60,769 nt of DNA, filler included, from Hausera hauseri (GCA_046269625.1; 12 parts of 12 records of this genome joined end to end with filler, not necessarily neighbours in it), one strand, 5' to 3'; positions 11,901 to 25,900 are shown, counted from the first letter of the whole stretch. Made by a program: numbers and translations. Notes: generated by a model not told the origin, from the letters alone.

Positions 11901-13258
11901 TTGCAGATATGGAACTCCCGAAGAGATTTTAACGGATCGAGCAAGATATTTTACAAGCGAACTACTTGACCAATCACCAAAATATTTGAGATTGAATAAT
12001 TAAGTACGACAGCATCTCACCCTTAATATATTGGAATGGTCGAACGAATGAATGCAACTGTTATACGAATCCTATCGACGGTAGTCGCAAAGGACCAGAA
12101 AGATTGGGATGAATTTTTAGAAGACACTCAATTTACTATTAACACGGCACAACATCCCGCAACAGGATTTGCACCTATTTTATGATGTACGGCAGAGAAG
12201 CTATATTAGCAACAGATTTAGGAATGACACCGTATACGATAAAACAAAATTTCGGTATTACAAATGAAATTACAAGTGTTGGAGAATACCAAGAACACTT
12301 TAAGAAGCAACATGACAAGAAAGCTAATCCACATAATTTAGAAAAAGGGAATTGGTTTTATTTATACTACTCAGCTGCTGAGAAAGGTACGACACTGAAA
12401 CTTAATCGTAAATGGAAGAAAACCATACGAAATTATCAGAACTACACGAACCACTGTATACATTAACAAATATGGTAAAGAAGTTGTGTCAGTACAGAGA
12501 GTTGTGAAAATGGAGAAAACACGAAATACCCAAGCCATGTTGCAAAATATCGATAGGTCACGAATTCAAATTACAACTTTCAAAATTCAAAAAACGATCC
12601 AACAAACCCAGTATTTACATAAAAGGCTATTAAGTATTTGGAACACAGCTATAAAATTGTGTTCTTCGTCGAGGAAAAATCAAATTGCGATATAAAAATT
12701 ATTTGCCGAGCGTTACATAAGAGTCAGATCGTAACACTACAAAAAGATAGCTATGCAATCGATTGTAAATTATTACGACCTTAATACGATTATGTCATAC
12801 AGGTCTTGGCAGAAAATAAAAGTTACAAAACCTTCACGCTACAGACGCTAAACGAAATTCATTCTAAACCGTACAGAGATACTAATACCGAAAAAATACG
12901 ATAAAAACTTCAATACAAAAACCACCGAGTTAATGGTTTTGCCGATTATCTTGATCATAGGACAAACAACGTTCCTCCTCTTAATAATGATTGCAACTTT
13001 TCATTTAGTTATCAGAAGCTGTCATTCTAAGCATCACAAAATGGAAAGAAAGGTATTAAAGGTAATGGAACCTCAAAAGGACACTTATGATAGAATAACC
13101 TGACAATTACAGATAAGGTTCTTATGATATCATCAGAAGTAGGGGGAAAATGGCGGTTTGGGCCCACCCCGGGGCGGGGGTTAATCGATAAATCGATTTT
13201 GCACATGTGCCGATCGATAGTGCACACTGTGCACTATCGATCCATAAAGTGCCTAGCA
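8958..13258 (+). mobile_element. pol: Ty3/Gypsy family 3 element (decayed pol, PPT, start of 3' LTR)
   Basis: Protease ALIDTGS near 9180. RT RFCIDYRALN and YLDN. RNase H TDASKEGIG and TDHKA. Integrase ISMDIVGPLP and LTDRA. PPT AGAAGTAGGGGGAAAA, then TG at 13151. Confidence 0.9.
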
Positions 13259-13358
13259 NNNNNNNNNNNNNNNNNNNNNNNNNNNNNNNNNNNNNNNNNN
13301 NNTTAATTAATTAANNNNNNNNNNNNNNNNNNNNNNNNNNNNNNNNNNNNNNNNNNNN

Positions 13359-15098
13359 AGTTCCACATTTACGGACAGTTCACCCATGCAGTCTAGGGGG
13401 CTACCATTTGCACAACGGAGCGTGATATCTGATTTATCCAGCTGAACATCTATCAATCTTTCAAAAATCTTTTTACTCATCACGTTCACCCGTGCCTCTG
13501 TGTCCAATGGGCAGTCTTCCCATCTACCTTGTATCTTTATTTTTACACCTGGCCGTCCTTGTAGTTTATCGTACTTGATCTGCTTTTACGACAGTCCTTC
13601 CATGGAAATAATTCCCTCTTCACGGAGGCCCTCGTTTTGACTTTCTGTAAATCGTACTTCTTTGTTTCTGTCCCCAAACATTCCCTTTTTTATGAACCTC
13701 CGTACCTTTTCCTCTGTTCTTTCCTTCTTTCTTCAATACCTTGTCCGTTCCTTTCAATATTTTGGGAGCCTTTGGAGTTGTTTAATATAATGCCCCAACT
13801 AGCTCCAGTTTTGTCGAGGCTCTGCCTTTTGGGGTTGTAGACTCTATGATGGATTCTTCATAGTCTTCATCAACATTTGCAACGTATGCGTGTCTGTTGT
13901 TTATTCTCTCTCCATATCTTTTCTGACTGTACCCCGCCCTTTGTAATTGTTGGTATACGTATTTTGTCCTCTTCTGCTTTTGTCCAATTTTGTATAACAT
14001 TTTTCTTCCCTGTGTCTTCTACTGTGACACCTATTGCATTTTATGTTTATGCAATTTCGCCTTATGTGTCCTTGCTGACCACACCCGTAGCATATTATGG
14101 GTTTCCTTTCCGGGCAATTTCTGTTAATGTGCCCTTCTTTTCCGCAACCAAAACATATTGCTGTTTGATGGAGGTTGCATGTCCTGCTTGTATGCCCGTC
14201 CTTCTAGAACGACCAGCATTTCATGCTATTCTTTGCCTGCGTATTTTGCAGTTTGAAATCCCTCCTTTCCTGTCTTGGTTTGTCAAGTTACTGCATTGCC
14301 ACCTCCCGGTAACTCCGTTGACCCTCTCTAGTATATTCTTTGACTGTGTTTATTTTTTGCGTCTTCTTTGCCACTTTGTCAACTTTCAGTATTTTTTCTT
14401 TGATTTGTTCTAAGTTTTTTCGTCGCTGCTGTAGATTTCTTTTCTCATCTCCGGATCGTCACAACAGTGGATCATCAATTCGTCTATTAGAGCTTTCAGT
14501 GTTACTTTGTGGCTAAAGATGCTTTTCGCCAGCTGTTCAATTTTGTTGAAGTAGGCGGCCGGTTCTGCCCCCCTCATTCTGTAGTCCAAGGCCTCCTGCA
14601 GATCTCCACACAACATTGTCGGTTTGGGAAGGCTTTTCTCAACCGGTTTTGGTATCTTTTCACCTTCTGGCTCACCAGATTGTACTTCTCCTGTGCTTCT
14701 TCTGCCAAAAGGTACAGGACCGTGGTTTCCCGGTCCGTCTCTAACATCTTTATGAAGTCGAAGTTTCTCTCGCATTTTCCAATAAAGGTTTCCACGTTGT
14801 CGTCTTTCTGGAATTCTCTCGGCATCAATTTCTTCTCAAAGAAGTCTCTTGAAGCGTTGATCGCCATGTGAGTAGATCGCGTCTCTACCATCCCGACCTC
14901 AACATCACTTGATGATTGTAAGATTGATTTATCCATAAGATATTTATTATAAAAGTTTATATAACATTTATCTCCTTCATTCGGGAAATGAGCCTTATTT
15001 TCCTTCTTTTTTGAATTTCCTGACTTTCTGTTGGCTGTTTACTGAATTACCTTTGAATTAAATTTAAACCTTAATATCCCTTTCAATTCCTTCTCACA
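13359..15098 (-). mobile_element. Ty3/Gypsy family 2, copy 2 (5' LTR, gag, protease)
   Basis: Starts TGTGAGA at 15098. The LTR appears to end at TCTTACA (about 14918) and contains TATA and AATAAA. Gag as in copy 1; protease LDTEARVNVM. Confidence 0.85.
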
Positions 15099-15105
15099 AT
15101 GGGAA

Positions 15106-15783
15106 ATGAAAAATGATTCGAATACTGATAGAAACGGATATACTTATGATATTTTTGCAGATGAGACTAAAATTGTTAAGGATGGAAATAAGTTTGAGAA
15201 AATTCTGACATTTACTTGGACAAATGAAAAGCAATTTACAAGTGACACTGACAATCCATTTCCAGTATTATATTCACCGATCCGTACAACAAATAATGAA
15301 AGCGACGACAATATTAAAAATAGTTTTAGAAGCACAGCTGAGTGTGATTTAACGAGCATTTTTAATGAAGACGGTTTAGAGAAATTTCGAAACAGTCTTT
15401 TGTCCAATAAGCGACTTTCATTTGATCATAACGATAATTTGTTTTGTGAACTTTTCGATCCTGTAAATCAGAGTTCAAACGAAATATCAGATTATTTCAG
15501 CGGTGTACTTCAAAAAGACGATTTGATGCGAGTATATATTTGTAAAGGCACATTTAATTACAATTGTTATTTTGTTATCATTTTACTTGTCGATGAAAAT
15601 CATATTATTTGTATACATGTTAAAATCTTTGCTTGTGTATTGAGCCAAAGGATGAACGGTGGACGTGGCCCCCCGGGGGAGGGTCATCACGAGAAAAAAG
15701 GCAACGTAAACATTTTATTTTCATTGTACCACGAATTGAAGAAAATTTTTGGTTACAAAATGACAACTTCACAGAAAAATTAA
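15106..15783 (+). CDS. Unidentified ORF or host exon fragment between two divergent LTRs
   Basis: 225-codon ORF. The first ~140 aa have protein-like composition, but no motif was recognised. Confidence 0.25.
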   Translation: MKNDSNTDRNGYTYDIFADETKIVKDGNKFEKILTFTWTNEKQFTSDTDNPFPVLYSPIRTTNNESDDNIKNSFRSTAECDLTSIFNEDGLEKFRNSLLSNKRLSFDHNDNLFCELFDPVNQSSNEISDYFSGVLQKDDLMRVYICKGTFNYNCYFVIILLVDENHIICIHVKIFACVLSQRMNGGRGPPGEGHHEKKGNVNILFSLYHELKKIFGYKMTTSQKN

Positions 15784-16113
15784 GACGGTTGAAGAAAAAT
15801 TATTCGATAAAACCAACGAATTCTATAAATCGAAGTTCATATATGGTATAACAGTTGACATCAATGCGTTTTATTTTGTAATTATTGTAGAAATATTTTC
15901 AACTTTCATGGACGTTAATAAACGTAAAATCAGATATCATTTTATTGGCCAAAGTTATAAACAACATCAATTATCTGAGATGTTACTAAAAAACAAAATG
16001 GACGATATTAGACAAAAAGTTATGTATTACGTAAACCCCCTCCTTTGGAACAATCTTCGGCACACCATTGTGCGTATCATATTCATGTTACGACGCGTGC
16101 AGTTATGAGAGTG

Positions 16114-17898
16114 TGTGAGGAGGAACTTAAACGAATATTAATGTTTAAATTCAATTCAATAAATAGCCAATATAAAGTCAAGAAATTCAAAAAAAGGATG
16201 AAAATAAGACTCATTTAATGAGTGAAGGAGATAATTGTTATACAAACTTTTATAATAAATTTCTAATGCATAATTCAATCTTACAATCATCGAATGACGT
16301 TGAGGTCGGAATGGTAGAAACGCAATCTACTAACATGGCGAACCACGCTTCAAGAGACTTCTTCGAGAAGTAATTGATGCCAAAAGAATTCCAGAAAGGT
16401 GACAACGTGGAAACCTTTATTGGAAAATGCGAGACATACTTCAACTTCATAAAGATGTCGAAGAACAGGAGAAATACCAACTGGTGAGCCAGATGGTGAA
16501 AGGTTACCAAAATCGGTTGAGAAAAGCCTTTGGAAAACCCACAACGCTATGCGGAGATCTGCGAGAAGCATTGGACTACAGAATGAATAGGGCCGAACCG
16601 GCTGCCTACTTTAACAAAATCGAACAGCTGGTGAAAGGAATTCTTAGCCACAAAATAACAGCGGAAACTCTAACAGAGGAATTGATGATCCACTGTTGTG
16701 ACGACCCGTGGATGAGAAAAGAAATATACTGCAGTGAAGAAAAAAGCGTAGAAAAATTAAAGCAAAAATACAGAAACTTCACGAAATGGCAACAAAGACG
16801 GAAGAAATACATGCAGTCAGAGAATACAATAAAGATGGTCGACGGAGTTATCGGAATGTGGTTGCGCACAAATTTGACAAACCAAGGCAAGAAAGGATGA
16901 ATTTTAAACTGCAAATACGCAGGCAAAGAGGATGATGAAATGCTAGTTGTGCCAGAAAGACGGGTATACAAGCCGGACATGCAACCTCCAACAAACACCA
17001 AGATGTTTTGTTTGCGGGAAAGAAGGAGACATTAACAGGAATTGCCCAGAAGGGAAACCCATAATACGCTATGGGTGCTGTCAGCAAGGACACAAGACGA
17101 AATTGCATAAACATAAAATGCAATAGAAGGTACAATAGAGGGCACAGAGAAGAAGCATGCTATACAAAATTGGACAGAAGCAGAAGAGGTCAATATAAGT
17201 ATACCGAAAATTACAAAAGGGCGGGGTATGGAGACAGAAACGAAGAAATACGAATTACAGAAAGTCAAAACGAGAGCCTCCATGAAGAGGGGATTTTTTC
17301 CCTGAAAGGACTGTCGAAAAAGCTGATCACGTACGATAAACTACAAGGACGGCCAGGTATAAAAATAAAGATACAAGGTAAAAGGGAAGACTGCCTATTG
17401 GACACACAGGCACGGGTGAACGTGATGAGTAGGAAGATTTTTGAATGATTGATAGATGTCCAGCTGGAGAAATCAGATATCACGCTCCGTTGTGCAAATG
17501 GTAGCCCCCTTGACGGCTTGGGTGAACTGTCCGTAAATGTGGAACTCAAGGGTGTACAGAAGCGCGTAACTTTCATAATAGTGACAGACATATAACCAGA
17601 AATAATTGGAGGAATGGAACTACAAAAGACTTTTGGAATCAAATTATGTTGGCGACAGAAAGATGGGGAAGAAGAAAAGTATAATATATGCAACTTAAAA
17701 GCAAATTTTGGTCGAAAAGTGACGTATGAAGAACGATTCAAAAGAGCAAAAGAGATTCTGCGGATAAACGAAAACTTAGCGGTATGGGACATAGTGCGGA
17801 AGAACCAAGAAGTCTTCATGGCTGACAAGTGGGATATCGGCTGTACAACATTGATCAAGCATAGAATAGACACAAAAGGCGCACCAATTAACATCAAA
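16114..17898 (+). mobile_element. Ty3/Gypsy family 2, copy 3 (5' LTR, gag, protease, start of RT)
   Basis: TGTGAGGAGG start homologous to copies 1 and 2. LLDTQARVNVM protease; DIGCTTLIKHRIDTKGAPINIK pre-RT motif. Confidence 0.85.
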
Positions 17899-17998
17899 NN
17901 NNNNNNNNNNNNNNNNNNNNNNNNNNNNNNNNNNNNNNNNNNTTAATTAATTAANNNNNNNNNNNNNNNNNNNNNNNNNNNNNNNNNNNNNNNNNNNN

Positions 17999-20900
17999 GG
18001 TTTTCGGTGTTTGCCTCTGTCACTAGTGCTTCTGCTGCAGTTTTTGGGCAACTGCCTCTGCTCTAAAGTTGCTTGATATTTTTCCATTTGCCATTGACAT
18101 TTGTTTCTGTTCTCCATTTTGTAATGCCAGCAGGATTCCTCCACCTCCATCTTTTATTGCATCTGTCGCTGATCCATCCGTGTAAGCGCGTGTCCATCAA
18201 CTGCTTGGGTATTGTTCCTCTATATATATTTAAATCTATTCTTTCCAGTTATTAAACCAACATTTGGTGATTTGTTTTTAGTTGTTATATTTCAATTAAT
18301 AACACTCCTAACTACGATGGATGATTTATCCGGAGCTACCGTTGCGGACCTACATCGATGCCTGCGGCCGGACCGTCTCTCGGTATCTCCCATTGATCCT
18401 AGCTCACCTCGCGCCTTCAAGAAGTGGAGCTTTATCTTTAGCCGTTACAAAGCCCGCATGCCTTGCCAGGATGATGATTATCTCTTAGGAGTTTTAGTTA
18501 ACTGTCTTTCCGACGAGAACTAAGAGTTAATTGAAAATTGTACTAGTTTCTCAGAGGCCTACGAGCTGCTACACTCTACTTTCCTGAAACCTTCTAGTGT
18601 GATTGTTGCCAGGCACAAGTTACTTACTCATCGACAAGAATCTTCTACTATCGATGAATTTTCTCGTCAATTGATGACCTTGGCGACCGACTGTAATATT
18701 AGATCTGTTACGGCGGCCCAATACAAAGAAGAGCTCATGAGGGACGCTTTTATTAACGGACTTAGCTCTAATTTTATACGCACTCGACTGCTTGAAAGTG
18801 ATACGCTATCCTATACTGAAGCAGTGTCAAGAGCTCGAGCCCTTGAATTAGCTCAGAGGGATTCTCTACAATATCGGCAACCTACAAATGTCCCTAAAAG
18901 AAATCATATTGTATCACCTATAATAGAAAATTCTGAAAATACTTATGATCACGAAAGTCTATATATGGAGTCTCCGATGCAGGATTACGAAGCATCCTGT
19001 ACCGCTCCGATATCACAGAGGAAGCCAGGTCTTGGTGGTTCTACCCCGACACGTTATCTTAGAAACAATGAGGCATGTTTTTATTGCGGTGGACGGCCCC
19101 ACCCTCGCCATACTTATCCGGCCCGAAAAATTAATTGCAGAAATTGTGGAAAGAAGAGGCATTACTCAAAGGTTTGCAAATCATCAAATGCTTCAGATTC
19201 TACTAACCGGCGGCGCACTGCAGCTCCTCTCAGATATCACCGCGATTCTATGGATGAAGAGGATCCAGTTCCTGTATTGGCTAGCTCCACGCACAATGAC
19301 TCCCCAAATCATCAGAGGGCATTGATCGACATTATTGTAAAAGGTCAAGCTGTACGTACCCTAGTGGACAGCGGTAGTGGTGAAAATTTTATATCCGCTG
19401 AGACCGTAGCTAGATTGTGCTTGCACCTTAAACCACATTGTGGTCACATCACTTTTGCTCAGAGGACATTGAGTAGTCCGATCTCTCAATCTTGGACTGG
19501 AGAAATTGCTATTAACGGAAGGAAATATCATAACGTGCGCCTCTTATTATTAGAAGATGCTTGTGCTGATATAATTTTAGGTTCACCCTTTTTGGATCTA
19601 CACCGTGAAGTTATTTTGAGGTATGGAGGATCTCTACCTCCTCTCACAATATGTGCCCTTGCATCAATGAAGATCCAGCCTCCTAGACCTTTTGAGAATC
19701 TCACTCCAAATTGCCATCCAGTAGCTGTTAAGTCGAGATGATACTCTGCCTCCGATCGTCAGTTTATCACATCAGAAGTGGACAGGATGATACGAGAAGG
19801 GATTATTGAGCCTAGCCGGTCTCCATGGCGAGCGCAGGTGGTCGTTGTTCGCGAAGGTAATAAAAATCGATTGGTAATCGATTACTCTCAAACAATAAAT
19901 CGTTTCACTTACCTTGATGCCTACCCTCTCCCTAGGATTGAAGATATAGTCAACAAAATCTCTCAGTATAAGTTTTACTCAAAATTGGACCTGAAGTCCG
20001 CATATCATCTTGTGCCTCTCCATTCGGAAGACCACCCTTATACCGCTTTTGAGGCTGGTGGGAGGCTTTATCAGTTTAAGAGACTCTCCTTCGGTCTCAC
20101 CAACGGGGTGAGTAGTTTCCAGAGGGTCATAGACAATTTTGTTTCGGAAAATAAACTGGAGGGCACCTTCGTCTACCTCGATGATGTCACTATCTGTGGA
20201 AAAACTAGGGAAGATCATAATCGCAATTTGAGAAAGTTCTTGTCTGCTGCCTCTCGTAGTAATTTAACTTTAAACCAAGAAAAATGTACCTTCGGAACTG
20301 ACTGCATTCACATCTTAGGGTACGAAATAAAATACAAGCAGCTACGTCCGGATCCAGAGAGATTGCGCCCCTTGATGGAGATGCCTATACCCGAGGACAA
20401 CAAATCTCTTTCTCGCCTGGTGGGGCTTTTCTCGTATTATGCACGATGGGTACCAAAATTCTCTGAAAAGCTGCTTTGCATATCCCGGTCTGGATTTCCT
20501 CTCTCTCAGGGTGCAAAGGTTGCTATCAAGACGATACAAAGTGATATAGATAATGCTGTTAAGGCCAGCATCGATGAGACTTTGGAATTTGTACTGGAAA
20601 CTGATGCCTCTGATTTTGCTATAGCATCCACCCTTAGTCAGGAGCGTCACCCCGTCGCCTTCTTTTCTAAAACTCTGAACCGTGCTGAGAGCAGATGGAG
20701 CTCCGTCGAGAAGGAAGCCTATGCAATCATTGAGTCAGTTAAGAAATGGCATCATTACCTATCCAGTCGGCATTTCAAACTTATCACTGACCAGAAGTCG
20801 GTCTCGTTTATATTTGACCTCAAGCATACAAGCAAGATTAAGAACAGCAAGGTGCTCCGCTGGAGAATGGAATTACTACCGTATTCGTTTACCGTAGCTT

Positions 20901-22258
20901 ATCGTCCCGGATCTCTGAATTCTGCTGCTGATGCTTTATCGAGAAATTGCTCTGCTGCGATTTCTTCTTCAAAACTAGCGTGGATACATGAGACCTTGTG
21001 CCATCCTGGTGTGACTCGCATGTTTCATTTTATTAAAATGAAGAACTTGCCTTACTCTGTAGATGATGTAAAACGAGTGGTATCCAGATGTGCGGTGTGC
21101 TGTCGTGTCAAGCCACAATTTGTCAGACCTCTGGCGTCTCCTCTGATTAGAGCCCTCAAACCTATGGATCGTATCAGTATAGATTTTAAGGGTCCTCTGC
21201 CTTCTTCGAGCCGAAATAAGTACTTATTGATTATCGTTGATGAGTTTTCACGATTCCCGATGGCTTATCCTTGCTCCGATATCTCGGCCTCTACGGTGAT
21301 TCGAAATCTTACCGACGTCTTTGCTCTATTTGGAACTCCTGGCTATGTACATTCCGATCGTGGTACTGCATTTATGTCGTCGGCTGTGAAGCAGTTCCTG
21401 CTTAAAAGAGGGGTTGCCAGCAGCCATTCTTCTCCTTACCATCCTACAGGGAATGCTCAATGTGAGAGGTTTGTCGGTATCGTTTGGAAGACTACAGCTG
21501 GCTTTGGCTACCCAGAAATCACCTATCCGCTTGGGAAACTGTTTTACCTGACGCCCTTCATAGCATTAGATCCCTACTGTGCACGTCTACCAATACCACG
21601 CCACATGAACGTATGTTCTCTTTTCCACGTAAATCGTCTGTAGGTTGCTGCATCCCTGGCTGGTTGTGTGAAGACTCTGTGGCCCTATTACGAAGAAGAT
21701 TCCGTTCCTCTGAAGATCCCCTTGTGGAGGAGGTGGAGCTGCTTGATGTCAATCCTTACCAAGCAAGGATTCGCTACCCTGGTGGACGTGAGGATACCGT
21801 TTCCATTTCGGGCCTATGTTTTGCTGGGGGAGAGCTCAGCTTCCTGAGGAGCCTCTTGTGGAGGTGAATACCCCAGAGACGTTCTCTGAAGTTCCTCCTG
21901 CTGTCTCTCCTCCTCCGCGTTCATCTGGGGTCGAGGTCTTTACTCCCTTACCCTGTGAGCCAGAACAGGAACCTCCTCCCGAAGTTCGAAGATCGTCACG
22001 TATGCGTCGTCCTGTTGACCGTTTGAGGTACGATCATTTTTGAGAGGGGGAGAGTTTGCTGAAACATCCAACTAACTGAGTAGGTTGGTTGTGTTGCTTG
22101 CCAGGCGATATTGATGTCGTTCTTTTCCTTAGTAGATGTGGTCAGTTGTGATACGACTACAGTTGGGAAAAGTGGTAAGTTTGCGCACTCTCTTACTTTC
22201 GTAGTACTTATAACTTGTAAATTTTAACTTGTATATATATTCTGTAATCTTGTAACTT
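17999..22258 (+). mobile_element. Near-full-length Ty3/Gypsy element, family 4, with single-frame gag-pro-pol
   Basis: 5' LTR ends ...CCAACA (18262), then TGGTGA. ATG at 18317. ORFs 18212, 18599 and 19778 are in one frame separated by two stops. Zinc knuckles CFYCGG..H and CRNCGKKRH; LVDSGS; YLDD; ETDAS; HETLCHPG; IDFKGPLP; HSDRG; ER. PPT GAGAGGGGGAGAG at 22042, 3' LTR from 22057. Confidence 0.95.
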
Positions 22259-22358
22259 NNNNNNNNNNNNNNNNNNNNNNNNNNNNNNNNNNNNNNNNNN
22301 NNTTAATTAATTAANNNNNNNNNNNNNNNNNNNNNNNNNNNNNNNNNNNNNNNNNNNN

Positions 22359-22715
22359 TATACCCTTTCTCAGGTTAGTTGCACTTTACATGCACAGACA
22401 TGCACACAAGCACACACACACTGATATATACCTAAGATATACCTTTTCTCAGGTTAGTTGCACTTTACATGCACATACATGCACATGCACACAGGCAGAC
22501 ACACACTGACATATACCTGAGATATACATTTTCTCAGGTTACTTGCAGTTTACATGCACAGACATGCACACAAGCACACGCCATATATCTTAATCATTTA
22601 TTTCTCAAGTTACTTACATTTTACATGCACAAGCATACTGACATATAACTGGGATATATATTTTCTCAGGTTACTTACATTTTACAAGCACAGATAAGCA
22701 CACACACACACACTA
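22359..22715. repeat. Minisatellite (about 60-85-bp unit, about 5 copies)
   Basis: Recurring tttctcaggttagttgcactttacatgcacagacatgcacacaagcacac core. Confidence 0.85.
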
Positions 22716-22907
22716 AAAAGTGTTTAGAGTTGTCAAAGTTATATTGTTACTAAATAAAGTGTTATGAAATTAGTTGGTCTTAACCTATATAGTAGTTACA
22801 TAGTTTTACTTGGCCTTTTCCTATATCCCACATTACTTGATCAAGAAGACAACACGATATTCCTATACAAAATTTATTAAACAATGAACAACAATGAATA
22901 ACAATAT

Positions 22908-25900
22908 TTACAATGCTACATGTCCATGTGTTAGTGTGTGTATTCCATCGCTCATGATCTGCCTCTTGTCATCCATCTAATCTAGGCTTTTCTTATGCAG
23001 TGTTACTGTATGGATGTTATGATTCCTACACGGGGTCCTTCGCATATCTGATATGATATGAGTCTGCTCCCGCAGACCTCTCATATAGTCATTGAAGCCA
23101 ATCTTCTTGCCCAATGTAGCTCTTTGAACGCCCTTGGCTCTCTTTTTGATTTGATCACATATATCTAGAGCATACATTTTGGACCTTAGAGCTAAAATTT
23201 AGAAATGATTGCTCCATTCACCTCGTCTTTGAATTTCCCTAGGTCCTTTTTGTTTGCAATTGAATAGTTTGGATGATCCTTCGGAAAGTCCGAGGTATTC
23301 ATATGCTCTGCTAACTGCGCAAAGTCCTCACAAATGTCCTCTGTATGGATATGATGGATGGAACTGTCAGTATCCATATACATCGGCTGCATGGACTTGA
23401 ACTTTGGGACCATTATATCGTAATGGAATCTCTACATTAGGATTTTTGATAGATCCAATATTGCCATACCCACATAAATTGGCTTGTTGAATACCAATGC
23501 TGTTTTTAGCATATGGATGCTGAACAAGTTCTCAGCATATATGGTGCTGCTGTGGAAGTTGGGCTTGACGATGAGCTGCATTGCCCGCTTCCACTCAGAA
23601 ATCAATTCGATGTTGATCCTGTTGCGGATATTCTCCATGGTCTTGCCAAAGACCGAGTTTTTGTAAAGTTTCAATTGATCCTTCTCAAAGTCGTTCTTGG
23701 CATTAGTCCGCAGCTTGGTATTGCAATCTATGTATGACTGCAACCACATGGACTAGCTGAACTGGAGGGCTCTATGGATCGTAGTAATACGAAGTCTATG
23801 TCTAACTGCCTGCTGGAGATTGATGTAGTGAACTACACATATCTTCGTATTAACTAGATGACAGAGCAGCTTTCTCTGCATTCTATGGGGCGGAGGCCTG
23901 CTCTCATGGAGGAAAGGCAGCTGTTGATGCCTTGCGTGAATGGAAGTGGATATTCCATATCCACTTCCAGTATGTATCCCGTATCTCCAGTGGGATTCAA
24001 GTCCAGTATAGGGATATTTTCAGGATTCCCGGCCCATTTAAAGTTAATATACGGTAATGGGGCGCTCATTGCAGATCCATACAAGTTGTTGGCATCCAGT
24101 TATGATATATATATGAGGATTCCTGGGATGAGTCGTATTCAACCATATACTTGCTGTTGGCCTCGCTAAACCGGTGAATGGCCTGGCATATTCCGTTTCT
24201 AATGCCTCTCTCGATCATAAGTGTCATATCGTAATCCTTGATGATCTACAGCCTTATGGCAGTATATCTCAGCATAGCTGCCCAGCTCATCCCTGGAGTC
24301 GTAAAGAAATGAGCCGGATCCAATGCATGGATTTTCATTGTGACATCCTTGAAGCTCTCAAAGACATCTGTCAGCAGCACATCCGTCTTGAGATATAAGT
24401 CGCTGTATTACCCTAATGTTCGGCATTGGAATGCATGACAGACATTCTGGGCATGGTGGTAGTCAGCATAACTGATATCGCAATCAGAGAGGATGCTTGT
24501 CCGGCAATGAGGTCTCATCAAGTGTTTCCCATGGAGTTATATATTCATAAGGAAACACGCCTTTCCTTTTCACTAAGTCAAATGAAGTGGGGAAGAATCG
24601 TTTCATCTTCTTAAGTTCTTTTGCATGGAGGTTCTTCATTATGCTATCCAGCGACGAACTCATGAAGCAGAAGCTGTCTATGAAGTGAAGTCGGATTTTA
24701 CCAACATGATTAGTGAAAGTGATATACTTCGCCTCACTGTTCGGGATTACATCAATGTTTCCTTCAATGCTTCCCAGTTCCCGAACAATGAAGCGTGAAT
24801 CATGGCCACTGAGATTACGCAACATCACAGGCACATATGTACATTTTTTCAGCGTAAATTGCAGTTGTTGCATGCTGCCCCTCGATATGCACCTGTAAAA
24901 TGGCAATAATCCCTGACTTTATAATTATCCTTACTGAATGATTTTGAGCACAAGTAACATGCTGTTGCCTTGCGCCATTCTTCTTCTTGATGCTTCGACA
25001 TGCTAATATTATCCTTGTGCTGCTGCTGCATATCGCCAATCCTATGAGCCATGTCTTCAAGTCGTTTCATAAAATGTGCTGCTGCACCTGGACCTCTGAA
25101 TAGAAATTATTTATTGCTCAGTCCTTTAGCATACATACAATACGATGAGAGTTCATGATATTTATATGCCTTTGTGCTGCTATGTTGAGGACTGAAAGTG
25201 CATGTCTGAACTGGCCTAAGAATAGCTTCAAAGTTGCAATAGACAACAATTGGGACCTTGAGCTTCTTCTCGAACTGCTTGAATTTAATGTAATGCTCCT
25301 TTGGGAAATTCTGGCCTGATACATTAATTGTTGTTGCAGTACATCTTGTGCTCTGCAAGATTGTCCACTGCTGCATCACCACTGAAATGGGAAAAGCATA
25401 GTTTGCATATTTCGATTCTTGTTATGTGTTTCGTAATTTTGGATCTGACTAGACGCTCAAAGTTCTTGATCCATACATAATGTTTCTTTTCTCCATCGTC
25501 TAGTGGGAGCAAATCCCTATGGTTTACCAATTCAGTATCATATATCTGCAGGGGATAGAATTTGTCCTTTTCATTCAATCAAATGATGTTGATGGATATA
25601 TTGTTGATTCGACTGAACTTCTTTACTTTATCTATGGTTGGTGGGAACTTAATACTTTGGAAGTCATAGTTGTGCTTCAGATCATTATATAACCAAACTC
25701 AATCTACTGCATGTTTTTGATCCCGCACGAGTTTACATAAAATGACATACATAAAACACATGTTGTCATTATTATGGACATTGACACATGCGTTTTTATT
25801 AGCGATCCATTCCGGAAGCTGAATATATGAACTATCCTGCATAGGAGAGTACTTGTGCACATACACAAGCAATTTTTTGATGGTTGCCAGAGTCCATCCA

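Noticed and set aside
13877-14413. Hydrophobic 178-aa ORF (also 4909-5244 and 17265-17897)
   Set aside because: These are antisense shadows of A-rich gag/pro sequence.
22359-22715. CRISPR-like array
   Set aside because: No unique spacers, eukaryotic context and no cas genes; it is a minisatellite.
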